In this document: in pieces, positions 1 through 7,630 of the stretch | How positions within the stretch are numbered: the first letter of the stretch is position 1 | Layout: each line of letters starts with the position of its first letter | NCBI GenBank assembly: GCA_043816005.1 | Contig: JBDRIM010000065.1 | Location: 1-13,928, forward strand | Length of the DNA stretch: 13,928 nt | Reading direction: 5' to 3' | DNA from: Candidatus Micrarchaeota archaeon | GTDB lineage: Archaea; Micrarchaeota; Micrarchaeia; Anstonellales; Bilamarchaeaceae | Program-made: the position numbers and the translations under genes | Notes under the pieces: model-generated | Told to the model about the DNA's origin: nothing | Database searches by the model: none | What the model saw: only the letters and a program-made list of their open reading frames with translations

Positions 1-2
1 TG

Positions 3-296
3 TGCATGCAGGCTGTCCTGCCTACGATGATAAAAAATAAAAAGGGGAAAATTGTAAATATGTCGGGTGGTGGCGGGGCATCACCGTCTCCCAGATTCAG
101 CGCTTACGGGATTTCAAAAGCCGGTGTTATCAGATTGACAGAGACGATTGCAAATGAAGTAAAAGATTATAATATAGACATTAATGCCATCGCTCCCGGG
201 GCAGTGAATACAAGGTTATTAGACCAGGCACTGGACGCAGGTGAAGCAGCGGGAGAAGATTTCTTGGCGGTCTTCTTGTTCAGGATGGCAACGTAA
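3..296 (+). CDS. Short-chain dehydrogenase/reductase (SDR) fragment; 5' end outside the window and 3' end broken at about 261-268
   Basis: Has GKIVNMS, the catalytic YxxxK (YGISK) and INAIAPGxVNT motifs. The frame is open from the window start. After EDFLA the translation is out-of-frame purH sequence and the usual SDR C-terminus is missing. Confidence 0.85.
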   Translation, partial: CMQAVLPTMIKNKKGKIVNMSGGGGASPSPRFSAYGISKAGVIRLTETIANEVKDYNIDINAIAPGAVNTRLLDQALDAGEAAGEDFLAVFLFRMAT

Positions 297-700
297 AAAT
301 GCTTGAAAATATTAAAGTCGTGACAAAAAGAAAACCAACTGAAGAGGAAATGAAATCACTTTATTATGCGTGGAAGATTACCAAATATGTGAAATCAAAT
401 TCAATTGTCTATGCTCGTCCAAATCGTGCAGTTGGGATTGGTGCCGGGCAAATGAAAAGGGTTGATGCAGCTAAATTAGCAGCAATGATCGCAAAAGACC
501 ATAATGAAAATTTGAAAGGTTGTGCTATGGCTTCGGATGCATTCTTTCCATTTAGAGATGGTATTGATTATGCAGCCAAATTAGGTATCACTGCAATTAT
601 CCAACCAGGTGGGTCAATTAGAGATGCAGACGTGATAAAAGCAGCTGACGAACACGGAATTGCAATGGTTTTCACTGGAATCAGGCATTTCAGACACTAA
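263..700 (+). CDS. purH: PurH (AICAR transformylase/IMP cyclohydrolase), C-terminal part only
   Basis: Has [39 protein letters not shown] and terminal FTGIRHFRH. The frame extends upstream of ATG 299 as LGGLLVQD (263-286), a conserved PurH motif, then meets an in-frame TGA at 242-244 within SDR sequence. Confidence 0.93.
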   Translation, partial: LGGLLVQDGNVKMLENIKVVTKRKPTEEEMKSLYYAWKITKYVKSNSIVYARPNRAVGIGAGQMKRVDAAKLAAMIAKDHNENLKGCAMASDAFFPFRDGIDYAAKLGITAIIQPGGSIRDADVIKAADEHGIAMVFTGIRHFRH

Positions 701-708
701 TCTTTACT

Positions 709-716
709 TTTATAAA
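709..716 (+). promoter_or_regulatory. Archaeal TATA box for the 740 gene
   Basis: TTTATAAA lies 23 nt before ATG 740, the expected spacing for a leaderless transcript. Confidence 0.6.
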
Positions 717-739
717 CCATAGCCTACACATACGAATCC

Positions 740-1729
740 ATGAAAGGACACAGAGCAATGCATACTGATATTATTCCAGAACGAACTAATCATGATAGAC
801 AGCCAAACTGGCTGGTTAGAAGACGTTTACAATCTGCACTTGCTACTGTTACTAAGGGTAGAGAATTTACAAGAACGAGTACTATACCCCTCCTTGAAGG
901 TCTTCGTTTTGATCTTGCTGGTTGTGAACAAGGAAGATTAGAGTTTCAAGGTATTTCAAGAAGAGCATTTGTTTACAGAAATGGTGATCATACTCTTATC
1001 ATAAGAGGAGTAGAATTAGTTTCAAGTGGATTGCGTTACGATATTTACTCTGGTCCTGTACTTACTCGTGATGTTGTAAAAGGATATGTGGACGTAGGAC
1101 AACTTGATACAACATTCCTACCGCAAGCATGTTCGGGTTCAATTCATGCTGTAGAACTTGCAGTGTATGATAGTTGGAGTAAAACATGGCTTGCGCCTAC
1201 TTGGTATTCACTCGGTAGAAATCCAGATGTAATACCATCTTCTGAACTTACTCCAGACGGTATTGATGCACGCAATGCACGTATGGTGACTATACGTTTA
1301 GAACAACCACAAAAACTAATTGAACCGAGAGCGGAACGAACAACAGTAACCAACAGAGATGCAGTCCAGATGCTTTTAAGCAGTCAACTTAAGTTTATTA
1401 TCACTACGGACATTCAATCGATAACTACTAATCCATTTCTTCTCACAATCTCAGATATTGATTCTACTATTGGACATAGATTAAATGGAAATATTGTTGT
1501 TGTCACCTATTCTTATTCCGGTTCCAGTATAACTGATCATTTGCAGATTTTTAATTTGCCTGTAGATAAAATGGAACCAATTGGTGATGATTACAAAGCA
1601 TATGTAAGAACAAAAGCGTTAGTTGAAATGGGGATGGTAAACCCACATACAACATCGCATTTTGCAGTTGTAACAATTCTTGATGAAACAAACCAACCAG
1701 TTGAAAATTTCATTTGCGGAGTGAGATAA
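740..1729 (+). CDS. Hypothetical protein, 329 aa
   Basis: Long ORF with its own TATA box, filling the gap between purH and the convergent PLP enzyme. No motif recognised. Confidence 0.75.
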   Translation: MKGHRAMHTDIIPERTNHDRQPNWLVRRRLQSALATVTKGREFTRTSTIPLLEGLRFDLAGCEQGRLEFQGISRRAFVYRNGDHTLIIRGVELVSSGLRYDIYSGPVLTRDVVKGYVDVGQLDTTFLPQACSGSIHAVELAVYDSWSKTWLAPTWYSLGRNPDVIPSSELTPDGIDARNARMVTIRLEQPQKLIEPRAERTTVTNRDAVQMLLSSQLKFIITTDIQSITTNPFLLTISDIDSTIGHRLNGNIVVVTYSYSGSSITDHLQIFNLPVDKMEPIGDDYKAYVRTKALVEMGMVNPHTTSHFAVVTILDETNQPVENFICGVR

Positions 1730-1734
1730 ATCTA

Positions 1735-2709
1735 TTAGATTAGCATACGTTCTGGATTTACCCTGGACATTTCTATAGCAAATTTTTCTTCACTAATATT
1801 TCCACCTGAAACAATACAAACACTTCTCCCGTTTGCTATTCTTTGTTTATTTCGTACAATCAGTGCAGCAGCAACAGCAATTGCTCCGGCTCCTTCAACT
1901 ATGTGGCCAGTTTGCATGTGTATCATACACATGGCTGCCCGAATTTGATCTTCTCTTGGTAGGATAAAACCATCAATATATCTCTGAATATATTCGAATG
2001 TCATTGTGTCTGGATTTGGATTAATACCTAATGGCTCTGCAAGTGATTGCGCATGTTCACTTTTTGTTATTATCCCATTTTCAACAGAAGTTGCCATTGA
2101 ATGCATTACAGCTGGTTGTACTCCGTATATCCTAACCACCGGAACTTCCTCTTTCAAATAACTGGCAACTCCAGCAAGCAATCCTCCACCGCCAACAGGT
2201 ACAAATACATCTGTTAAGTCATTTACACATGCAATTTCCAAGCCAATTGTACCTTGGCCTGCGATTATTTGTTCATCGTTATATGGATGGATGAATGGTA
2301 CGCCAGTTGCTTTTGCATAATCTGCTGCAGCTTGTTCTGTTTCTGAAAATTCTTTTCCAAAGATTATTACCTCATCAACCATTCTTCTCATTTTTTCTTT
2401 TTTCTCTTCAGGTGCAGTTTCTGGCATAAAACAAGTTGATTTTTTTCCAAGTGCTTTACACACAAAACCAACTGCAAATCCATGGCTTCCAATTGCTGCT
2501 GCAACAATATGCTCTGCTTTTTCATCTTTCAATCGGTTCCACACTCCACGAATTTTGAATGCATGGACGCCAAGATGAGTATTTTCTAATTTGAGGTGAA
2601 TAGCACTTTTGCCAAGTTCAATTAATGGTGTGCGCCGAACGAACGGTGCTATTCGTTCATGCGCTTTGGTTATTGTTTCGGCTGTTATTGTTCGCATGTA
2701 CTCACTCAT
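1735..2709 (-). CDS. PLP-dependent fold-type II enzyme, serine/threonine dehydratase (serine racemase-like) family, catalytic domain only
   Basis: Has RRTPL, LKLEN..AFKIRG (PLP lysine), FIHPYND..IAGQGTIGLEI, VPVGGGGL, VEGAGA and VSGGN. No ACT domain. The canonical SAGNH loop reads AIGSH. Confidence 0.9.
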   Translation of the reverse strand: MSEYMRTITAETITKAHERIAPFVRRTPLIELGKSAIHLKLENTHLGVHAFKIRGVWNRLKDEKAEHIVAAAIGSHGFAVGFVCKALGKKSTCFMPETAPEEKKEKMRRMVDEVIIFGKEFSETEQAAADYAKATGVPFIHPYNDEQIIAGQGTIGLEIACVNDLTDVFVPVGGGGLLAGVASYLKEEVPVVRIYGVQPAVMHSMATSVENGIITKSEHAQSLAEPLGINPNPDTMTFEYIQRYIDGFILPREDQIRAAMCMIHMQTGHIVEGAGAIAVAAALIVRNKQRIANGRSVCIVSGGNISEEKFAIEMSRVNPERMLI

Positions 2710-3353
2710 TTATCTGGTTCAAACGCACCTACTGCCTGTATCCTACCGTCTGGATAAATGAGAAAATTTACTACTTCAAGCCGTAGTTTATACCCAGAAC
2801 CGCCTTCTAGTGCACCCTCTATCGGTCCATATAAACATGCTTTATCTGCTACTTCTCCTGGAGCTGGTTCTGGTTTTGGTTCAAAAGTATAGTATCCAAT
2901 TTGTTGAATGTATCCTTCTTTTGCAAGTGTGCTGTAAAATTTCCCCATTATGCTTCTGCATCTTGGAACATCAAGTCCAGTAGCCTCATTTTTCTTGAAT
3001 GCACCGCCAAATATTCTCCATCTGTGTAAGTCTTGACTTGCACCATTTCTCAAAGTACTTTCATAGTATATTCTCACGTCAGGAGGATCAATCATTGCAT
3101 CTTGTAATCTGTCTAAATATTCTTTTGGCCATTCAAATACTCCGGTTGCCTTTGGTCTTTGTTCTGGTTTCAATGCAAGATCATTTACTATACATCCGAG
3201 TTTTACATTTTTGCCATCTCTTCGGAGTTCTTCTACTAATGTTACTGCTAATCTGAATGATCTTATTTCTGTTTTTGTTGGACCTTTATCAATCCTGAAT
3301 GCACCACCCTGAACGAGTATCCCATCATTAACCAATTTTTTATTACCAGCCAT
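2706..3353 (-). CDS. Uncharacterised alpha/beta protein (215 aa), translationally coupled to the PLP enzyme
   Basis: GAGGTGA ribosome-binding site (3365-3359) lies 5 nt before ATG 3353, which is preferred over GTG 3362. The stop overlaps the next start as ATGA (2706-2709). Confidence 0.8.
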   Translation of the reverse strand: MAGNKKLVNDGILVQGGAFRIDKGPTKTEIRSFRLAVTLVEELRRDGKNVKLGCIVNDLALKPEQRPKATGVFEWPKEYLDRLQDAMIDPPDVRIYYESTLRNGASQDLHRWRIFGGAFKKNEATGLDVPRCRSIMGKFYSTLAKEGYIQQIGYYTFEPKPEPAPGEVADKACLYGPIEGALEGGSGYKLRLEVVNFLIYPDGRIQAVGAFEPDK

Positions 3354-3442
3354 TTTGTTCACCTCTCGCCCATGTTTTCTGATTAATTAACACAGTTTGA
3401 ATAATTAAAATGTTTTAATCAAAAATTTGCAAAAAAGGAGTA

Positions 3443-3450
3443 TTTATTAA
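3443..3450 (+). promoter_or_regulatory. TATA box for the double-Lrp gene
   Basis: TTTATTAA lies 26 nt before ATG 3477, with a purine-rich BRE-like stretch upstream. Confidence 0.6.
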
Positions 3451-3476
3451 TAGAAACACTAAAAAGTAGATTTAAT

Positions 3477-4466
3477 ATGGAAAATATAATAAAACTCGAC
3501 ATTAAAGACCGCAAAATTCTGCGCGAGCTTGACATGGATGCCAGAATGAACATCAAAGTTTTGGCGAAAAAAGTCCGGCTCTCTCGTCAAGTAGTGCAAT
3601 ACCGAATCAACAGAATGAAGAAAGAAGGTCTTTTTCTAAGTGCAATCACTGTTTTTGATTCTGCTACTGTCAATCAAAAATGGTTTAGGGTGGTTATCCA
3701 ACTTCAGAAAATTATCCCAGAAAAAAAATCCGAATTTGTCGAGTATTTCAAATCACATCCTCATGTTATGTGGCTTGGAGAAGTCGGTGGAAACTGGGAT
3801 TTTGTCATAAATTTTATCTCTGAAGATCAATTTACTTTCAACATAATTTTCGAAGAAGTTCTTGAAGAATGGGGCAAATTCGTAAAAAAATACGAAATTC
3901 TCACGTATATTAATGTTAGAGATCAGGCAAGGCAGTACCTCCTCCCGGAGTACGAGAAACAAAAATCAGAAATTTTCCATGCAATGAAGAACGATCCAGA
4001 GCTAAAGCTGGACGAGCTTGATGAAAAGCTCATAAAAATTCTGGCAAAAAACGCATGGCATTCAGCCTCTGAGCTTGGGAAATTTTTGGGTGTAAATTAT
4101 AAAACAGTTCAAGAAAGAATGAAGCATTTGGAAAAAAAGAATTTGATTCTTGGTTATCGATTGCCTTTACATGCACGGAAAATTGGTGCTGAGGCACATA
4201 TGATTTTTCTAGGTATTCATTCTTACCAGCCAAATCTGGAGAAACAGCTATATGAATTTCTGAGACATAAAAATGTAACATTTCTTGTTAAGCATCTTGG
4301 AGTGTGGAGATTCGGTCTTGAAGTCGAGGTCTCTTCTAGCAGAGAATTCCAAGATTTTTTAATTGAATTAAGAACTAGATTTGGAGATATGATTTCCACT
4401 TATGAAACATTTCCAATATTTCATGATCATGTGTTAAACTATTTTCCAGAGGGAGTGTTAAGATAG
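3477..4466 (+). CDS. Lrp/AsnC-family transcriptional regulator with two tandem HTH+RAM units
   Basis: First unit: LDIKDRKILRELDMDAR..LAKKVRLSRQVVQYRINRM..GGNWDF. Second unit: LDELDEKLIKILAKNA..ELGKFLGVNYKTVQERMKHLEKKNLILGY..GVWRF. Confidence 0.92.
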   Translation: MENIIKLDIKDRKILRELDMDARMNIKVLAKKVRLSRQVVQYRINRMKKEGLFLSAITVFDSATVNQKWFRVVIQLQKIIPEKKSEFVEYFKSHPHVMWLGEVGGNWDFVINFISEDQFTFNIIFEEVLEEWGKFVKKYEILTYINVRDQARQYLLPEYEKQKSEIFHAMKNDPELKLDELDEKLIKILAKNAWHSASELGKFLGVNYKTVQERMKHLEKKNLILGYRLPLHARKIGAEAHMIFLGIHSYQPNLEKQLYEFLRHKNVTFLVKHLGVWRFGLEVEVSSSREFQDFLIELRTRFGDMISTYETFPIFHDHVLNYFPEGVLR

Positions 4467-4488
4467 TTTATTAAACTGTTTGTTTAAT
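4467..4488 (+). promoter_or_regulatory. TATA box with overlapping inverted repeat, putative TA autoregulatory operator
   Basis: TTTATTAA (4467-4474) is overlapped by ATTAAAC-tgttt-GTTTAAT (4470-4488). A ribosome-binding site AGGTGG precedes ATG 4509. Confidence 0.5.
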
Positions 4489-4508
4489 TAAATTAAATAG
4501 GTGGTTTA

Positions 4509-4706
4509 ATGAATTTTGTTTCAAAGGCAGTGTCTGTCGGCGGGTCAATAATGGTTACAATTCCAAAACAAGTAGCTGAATTATTGAACATTCATCCTAA
4601 TGAGCGAATCGAAGTTGAAGTGAAAAAGGTTAAGCTAGATGGTTTTGGTATGTTCAGAGGTATTGGTAAGTTTACTAAAGAAGACGAGTTGAGTATAGAT
4701 GTCTAG
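4509..4706 (+). CDS. AbrB/MazE/SpoVT-type antitoxin (VapB-like)
   Basis: 65 aa with the swapped-hairpin signature VGGSIMVTIPKQVAELLNIHPNERIEVEV. Overlaps the PIN gene by 8 nt. Confidence 0.88.
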   Translation: MNFVSKAVSVGGSIMVTIPKQVAELLNIHPNERIEVEVKKVKLDGFGMFRGIGKFTKEDELSIDV

Positions 4707-5082
4707 TTACCTTCTTGATAGCTATGCTTGGATCGAATATTTTGATGGCAGTACTCTAGGTAAGAAAGTAACTAAAATTTTAACTTCCTCCGAATGTTTT
4801 ACTTCAAGTCTTTCGATTGCAGAAGTCACTATAAAATTGTTAAAAAAGAACAAAGATACACAAGCCGGTTTCAGTATTATGAAACAACTTTCAAAAGAAC
4901 TTCCAGTAGATCACAACACATCGTTTGAAGCTGCTGAATTATATGTTGAGAAGAGGAAAAAACTCAAAGATATTGGGATTGTCGATGTTATCATAATGAC
5001 ACAAGCCAAACAAAACAATCTGGTCATTGTTACTGGAGATAGAGAACATTTCAAAAACGAGAAAAATGTAATTTTGCTCTAG
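4699..5082 (+). CDS. vapC: PIN-domain ribonuclease toxin (VapC family)
   Basis: Has YLLDSYAWIEYF, SIAEV, IGIVDVII and IVTGDREHF, covering the four acidic PIN positions. Directly downstream of an AbrB-type gene. Confidence 0.9.
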   Translation: MSSYLLDSYAWIEYFDGSTLGKKVTKILTSSECFTSSLSIAEVTIKLLKKNKDTQAGFSIMKQLSKELPVDHNTSFEAAELYVEKRKKLKDIGIVDVIIMTQAKQNNLVIVTGDREHFKNEKNVILL

Positions 5083-5090
5083 GTGTGTAA

Positions 5091-5375
5091 ATGACTGAAG
5101 TTGTTGAATATTTTTGCAAATCCTGTGGAAAAAAACATGGGCCTTTAGGGATGCACGGATTTAATCCTGACAAAGGAGATGGTGAGTTACCTGTCGTATG
5201 TAAAACTTGCAAGAAAATTTTCGTTGGTTCTTTTCAAGGACACAAAATCAAGAATAAGTGTTCAATTTGCGGTTCCATGCCGATAAGTTTTGATGGAACT
5301 TGTCCAGATTGCGGTTCATCTAAAATGTATTCTAAAGATATTCGTTTTGGAGTAGAAACGAAATGTAAACATTAG
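5091..5375 (+). CDS. Small zinc-ribbon protein (four CxxC pairs)
   Basis: Contains CKSC, CKTC, CSIC and CPDC. An AGGTG ribosome-binding site overlaps the vapC stop. Overlaps the convergent M20 gene by 4 nt. Confidence 0.8.
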   Translation: MTEVVEYFCKSCGKKHGPLGMHGFNPDKGDGELPVVCKTCKKIFVGSFQGHKIKNKCSICGSMPISFDGTCPDCGSSKMYSKDIRFGVETKCKH

Positions 5376-6529
5376 GATTCAACAAATGTTTTCAGAACCT
5401 CAATCATCTCTAAAAAACTTTGTTTTGAAACCCATTCTCCATTTGAATGTTCACCTGATCCAATTGGTCCATAGGTTACTATTGGTATTCCTTGCATTGC
5501 AATTAGATTCTCATCAGCAACACTAAGGCCGCAATTGTAACTAGCATCAACATCTAATTTCTCTCTAATAACGCTATTTAGCCTCTGAACATGCGAATTA
5601 TTCTGCTGAGTTACATATGGCATAAGATAAGGGACTTCTCTTGGTTTTATTATTACTTTGGCTTTTTCTTCATCTAAATTTTTCAGTGTTCCATCTGCAT
5701 AAAGTTGATTTATTTTTCTTTCAATATCATTTCTTGCACTTTCTGCAGTTTCTGGAAGTACAAGGTGTCTATCAACTAGCAATACTGCTCGATCTGGTAT
5801 TGATAATGATACACTTTCAGAGAAAAATTTTCTGACAAACTGATTTCCATGTGAAAGTTTTTCATGTTGTGGCAATTCAGTGTTCATCTTTTCTATTTCA
5901 ATTGCTAATTTTGATGCTTCTGTAATTGCAGATATCCCATTTTCCATCTTTGCTGCATGATAACTTTTTCCAGGTATAGTTATTTCATATTGCACTCTTC
6001 CTCTTCTTCCTAATGTTATCATTTTTGTTTTTTGATTAACATCACTAACATCTGAAATTTCAGTAGCCAAAGCAAATTCAACATCTTTTAGAAAATCTGT
6101 TTTTGTTACTTCATAACATCCTTGCGAATCTGCTTCTTCGTCACTTACAAACATAATTTTTATTGCTCTATCATTTTCAATATTCTCAACTGCTTTTAGA
6201 ATTGCCGCAATTCCTGCTTTCATATCATAAGCACCAAGTCCATATAATTTGCCATCTTTTTCAACTAATTCGAATGAATCTCTTCCAGTGCTTTCATAAT
6301 CATAAGGCGGAACAGTGTCCATATGTGCGTATAGCAAAAGAAATTTGCCTCGAGTTCCTCTAGTTGCCAACACATTGTACCTATTCCCGTTGTACATACA
6401 CACATTGACTTCAAATCCGCGCTTTCTGAGCTCATCTGCTAGAAAATTAGTAAGTTCAGCTTCATTCGGAAAGACTGAGTTTATTGAAACAAGTTTTTCC
6501 AAAAGTTCTATTGGTTCCATTTTTATCAT
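5372..6529 (-). CDS. M20 metallopeptidase/deacylase (ArgE/DapE family)
   Basis: All metal-binding and catalytic motifs are present: YAHMDTV, YGLGAYDMKAG, SDEE, ATE, GKSYHAA and GEHSNGEW. The start overlaps the GNAT stop as ATGA. Confidence 0.93.
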   Translation of the reverse strand: MIKMEPIELLEKLVSINSVFPNEAELTNFLADELRKRGFEVNVCMYNGNRYNVLATRGTRGKFLLLYAHMDTVPPYDYESTGRDSFELVEKDGKLYGLGAYDMKAGIAAILKAVENIENDRAIKIMFVSDEEADSQGCYEVTKTDFLKDVEFALATEISDVSDVNQKTKMITLGRRGRVQYEITIPGKSYHAAKMENGISAITEASKLAIEIEKMNTELPQHEKLSHGNQFVRKFFSESVSLSIPDRAVLLVDRHLVLPETAESARNDIERKINQLYADGTLKNLDEEKAKVIIKPREVPYLMPYVTQQNNSHVQRLNSVIREKLDVDASYNCGLSVADENLIAMQGIPIVTYGPIGSGEHSNGEWVSKQSFLEMIEVLKTFVES

Positions 6530-7479
6530 CTAAGGTCTGTCCACACATGCAAACTTTCTAAACGTCCTTCCTCTCCAAAACTTCTATCACTAACAAGTAC
6601 ACAATGAAGTGGGAGTGTTCCACAATATTTAAAACCTGCTTTCTGTGATGAACGGTTTACTGCTTCCCATGCTGCTCTGTTTTCAGAATAAATTATTGCA
6701 GTTCCATCATGTTGTGCTCTTATCATTGCTCTTGCTTCCATTTGCATTAATGTCATTAATCCATTCCCTCTATGATCTCTGAATGTTGCAAAATCGCTAA
6801 GTTCGTATAAATGTACTCTGCGTCCATCTTCAAGTGCTATCTCACAATGTTCGGCTATCAATGAAGCAACTATACCTCCTGTTTCTCTATCTCTTGCTAC
6901 AATAACTAAATTACCGTTGTTCAGCATATTTGCAATTGTTCCATCATTAATTTCAAAAGTATACTCTTGGTATGCTTCTTGATATAATCTTAGTAAAGTT
7001 CCAACATCTCTTTCTCTAGTACCGTTTTGATTTACTGAGTCTAATGTGTAGCCACCTCTTTCTATCCTCTCTCTAGCCTCATCTGATGTAATTCTAGGTA
7101 CACCAGCCAAAAGTGTTAAATTTTGCATTTCAGCTTCAAATACTTCCACTTCTGGCATTCGATCTGGCTGATTTCTACCAAAATAAACCATCGAATGTCC
7201 TGGCACTGCAATTGTTGGAACCACTGCCTCTACAAAAAATCCATCTGTTTGGCGTTCTGCTCTCAAACCTTCAACTAAACCACGTTCTACAAAAGCGCGA
7301 ACTGTTGTTCTTGTTGCTTGCTTACATCCACTTTCAATTTCCCTAACTACTCCTAATACTCCAGTGACATGTCTGCGTTCAGTTAAAACGGTCGGACAAA
7401 ATCCTTTTACTCTATTGTTGTGCCTATCATGTGTTGGTGGCCATGCAGCCCCTATACTTCCACTTTGTTGTATTGCCAT
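6526..7479 (-). CDS. GNAT acetyltransferase resembling beta-lysine N6-acetyltransferase (AblB/YodP family)
   Basis: LLRLYQEAYQEYTFEI, ELSDFATFRDHRGNGLM (acetyl-CoA loop), YSENRA..AVN..AGFKYCGTL and C-terminal ESLHVW match my recollection of the AblB-family motif order. Confidence 0.75.
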   Translation of the reverse strand: MAIQQSGSIGAAWPPTHDRHNNRVKGFCPTVLTERRHVTGVLGVVREIESGCKQATRTTVRAFVERGLVEGLRAERQTDGFFVEAVVPTIAVPGHSMVYFGRNQPDRMPEVEVFEAEMQNLTLLAGVPRITSDEARERIERGGYTLDSVNQNGTRERDVGTLLRLYQEAYQEYTFEINDGTIANMLNNGNLVIVARDRETGGIVASLIAEHCEIALEDGRRVHLYELSDFATFRDHRGNGLMTLMQMEARAMIRAQHDGTAIIYSENRAAWEAVNRSSQKAGFKYCGTLPLHCVLVSDRSFGEEGRLESLHVWTDLR

Positions 7480-7567
7480 TTTTTATTCCCTCAATTCAGC
7501 TCTGTTTCTGAGCCTTACGTAATATACATTAGTTTACCATAGTATTTTTAAATATATCGTAATTTGC

Positions 7568-7582
7568 TTACGATAAACGTAA
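7568..7582. promoter_or_regulatory. Lrp-type operator box
   Basis: Perfect 5-5-5 palindrome TTACG-ATAAA-CGTAA in the divergent intergenic region. Confidence 0.7.
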
Positions 7583-7597
7583 CCTACGTTTAATATT

Positions 7598-7612
7598 TGA
7601 CGAAAATCGTCA
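7598..7612. promoter_or_regulatory. Lrp-type operator box
   Basis: TGACG-AAAAT-CGTCA, centred 30 bp from the previous box. Its core matches the Ptr2 consensus GGACGATTTTCGTCC as I recall it. Confidence 0.72.
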
Positions 7613-7622
7613 TAATGAAAAA

Positions 7623-7630
7623 TTTATTAA
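7623..7630 (+). promoter_or_regulatory. TATA box for the HExxH gene
   Basis: TTTATTAA preceded by GAAAAA (BRE-like), 23 nt before ATG 7654. Confidence 0.6.

Noticed and set aside
299..700. Stand-alone 133-aa PurH-like gene starting at ATG 299
   Set aside because: PurH similarity continues upstream to about 263, so the ATG is internal and the gene is truncated at the junction.
1735..2709. Assigning ilvA or tdcB
   Set aside because: No regulatory domain and an altered substrate loop; only the family is supported.
5091..6529. LysW carrier plus LysK hydrolase (LysW-type lysine biosynthesis), suggested by the LysM-like regulator
   Set aside because: The zinc-ribbon protein lacks the C-terminal EDWGE motif and is on the opposite strand, and no lysX/Z/Y/J genes are present.
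7548..7612. CRISPR or mini-array interpretation of the repeated palindromes
   Set aside because: The units are 15 bp and non-identical, with 5-15 bp gaps and no cas genes; they fit operator sites.
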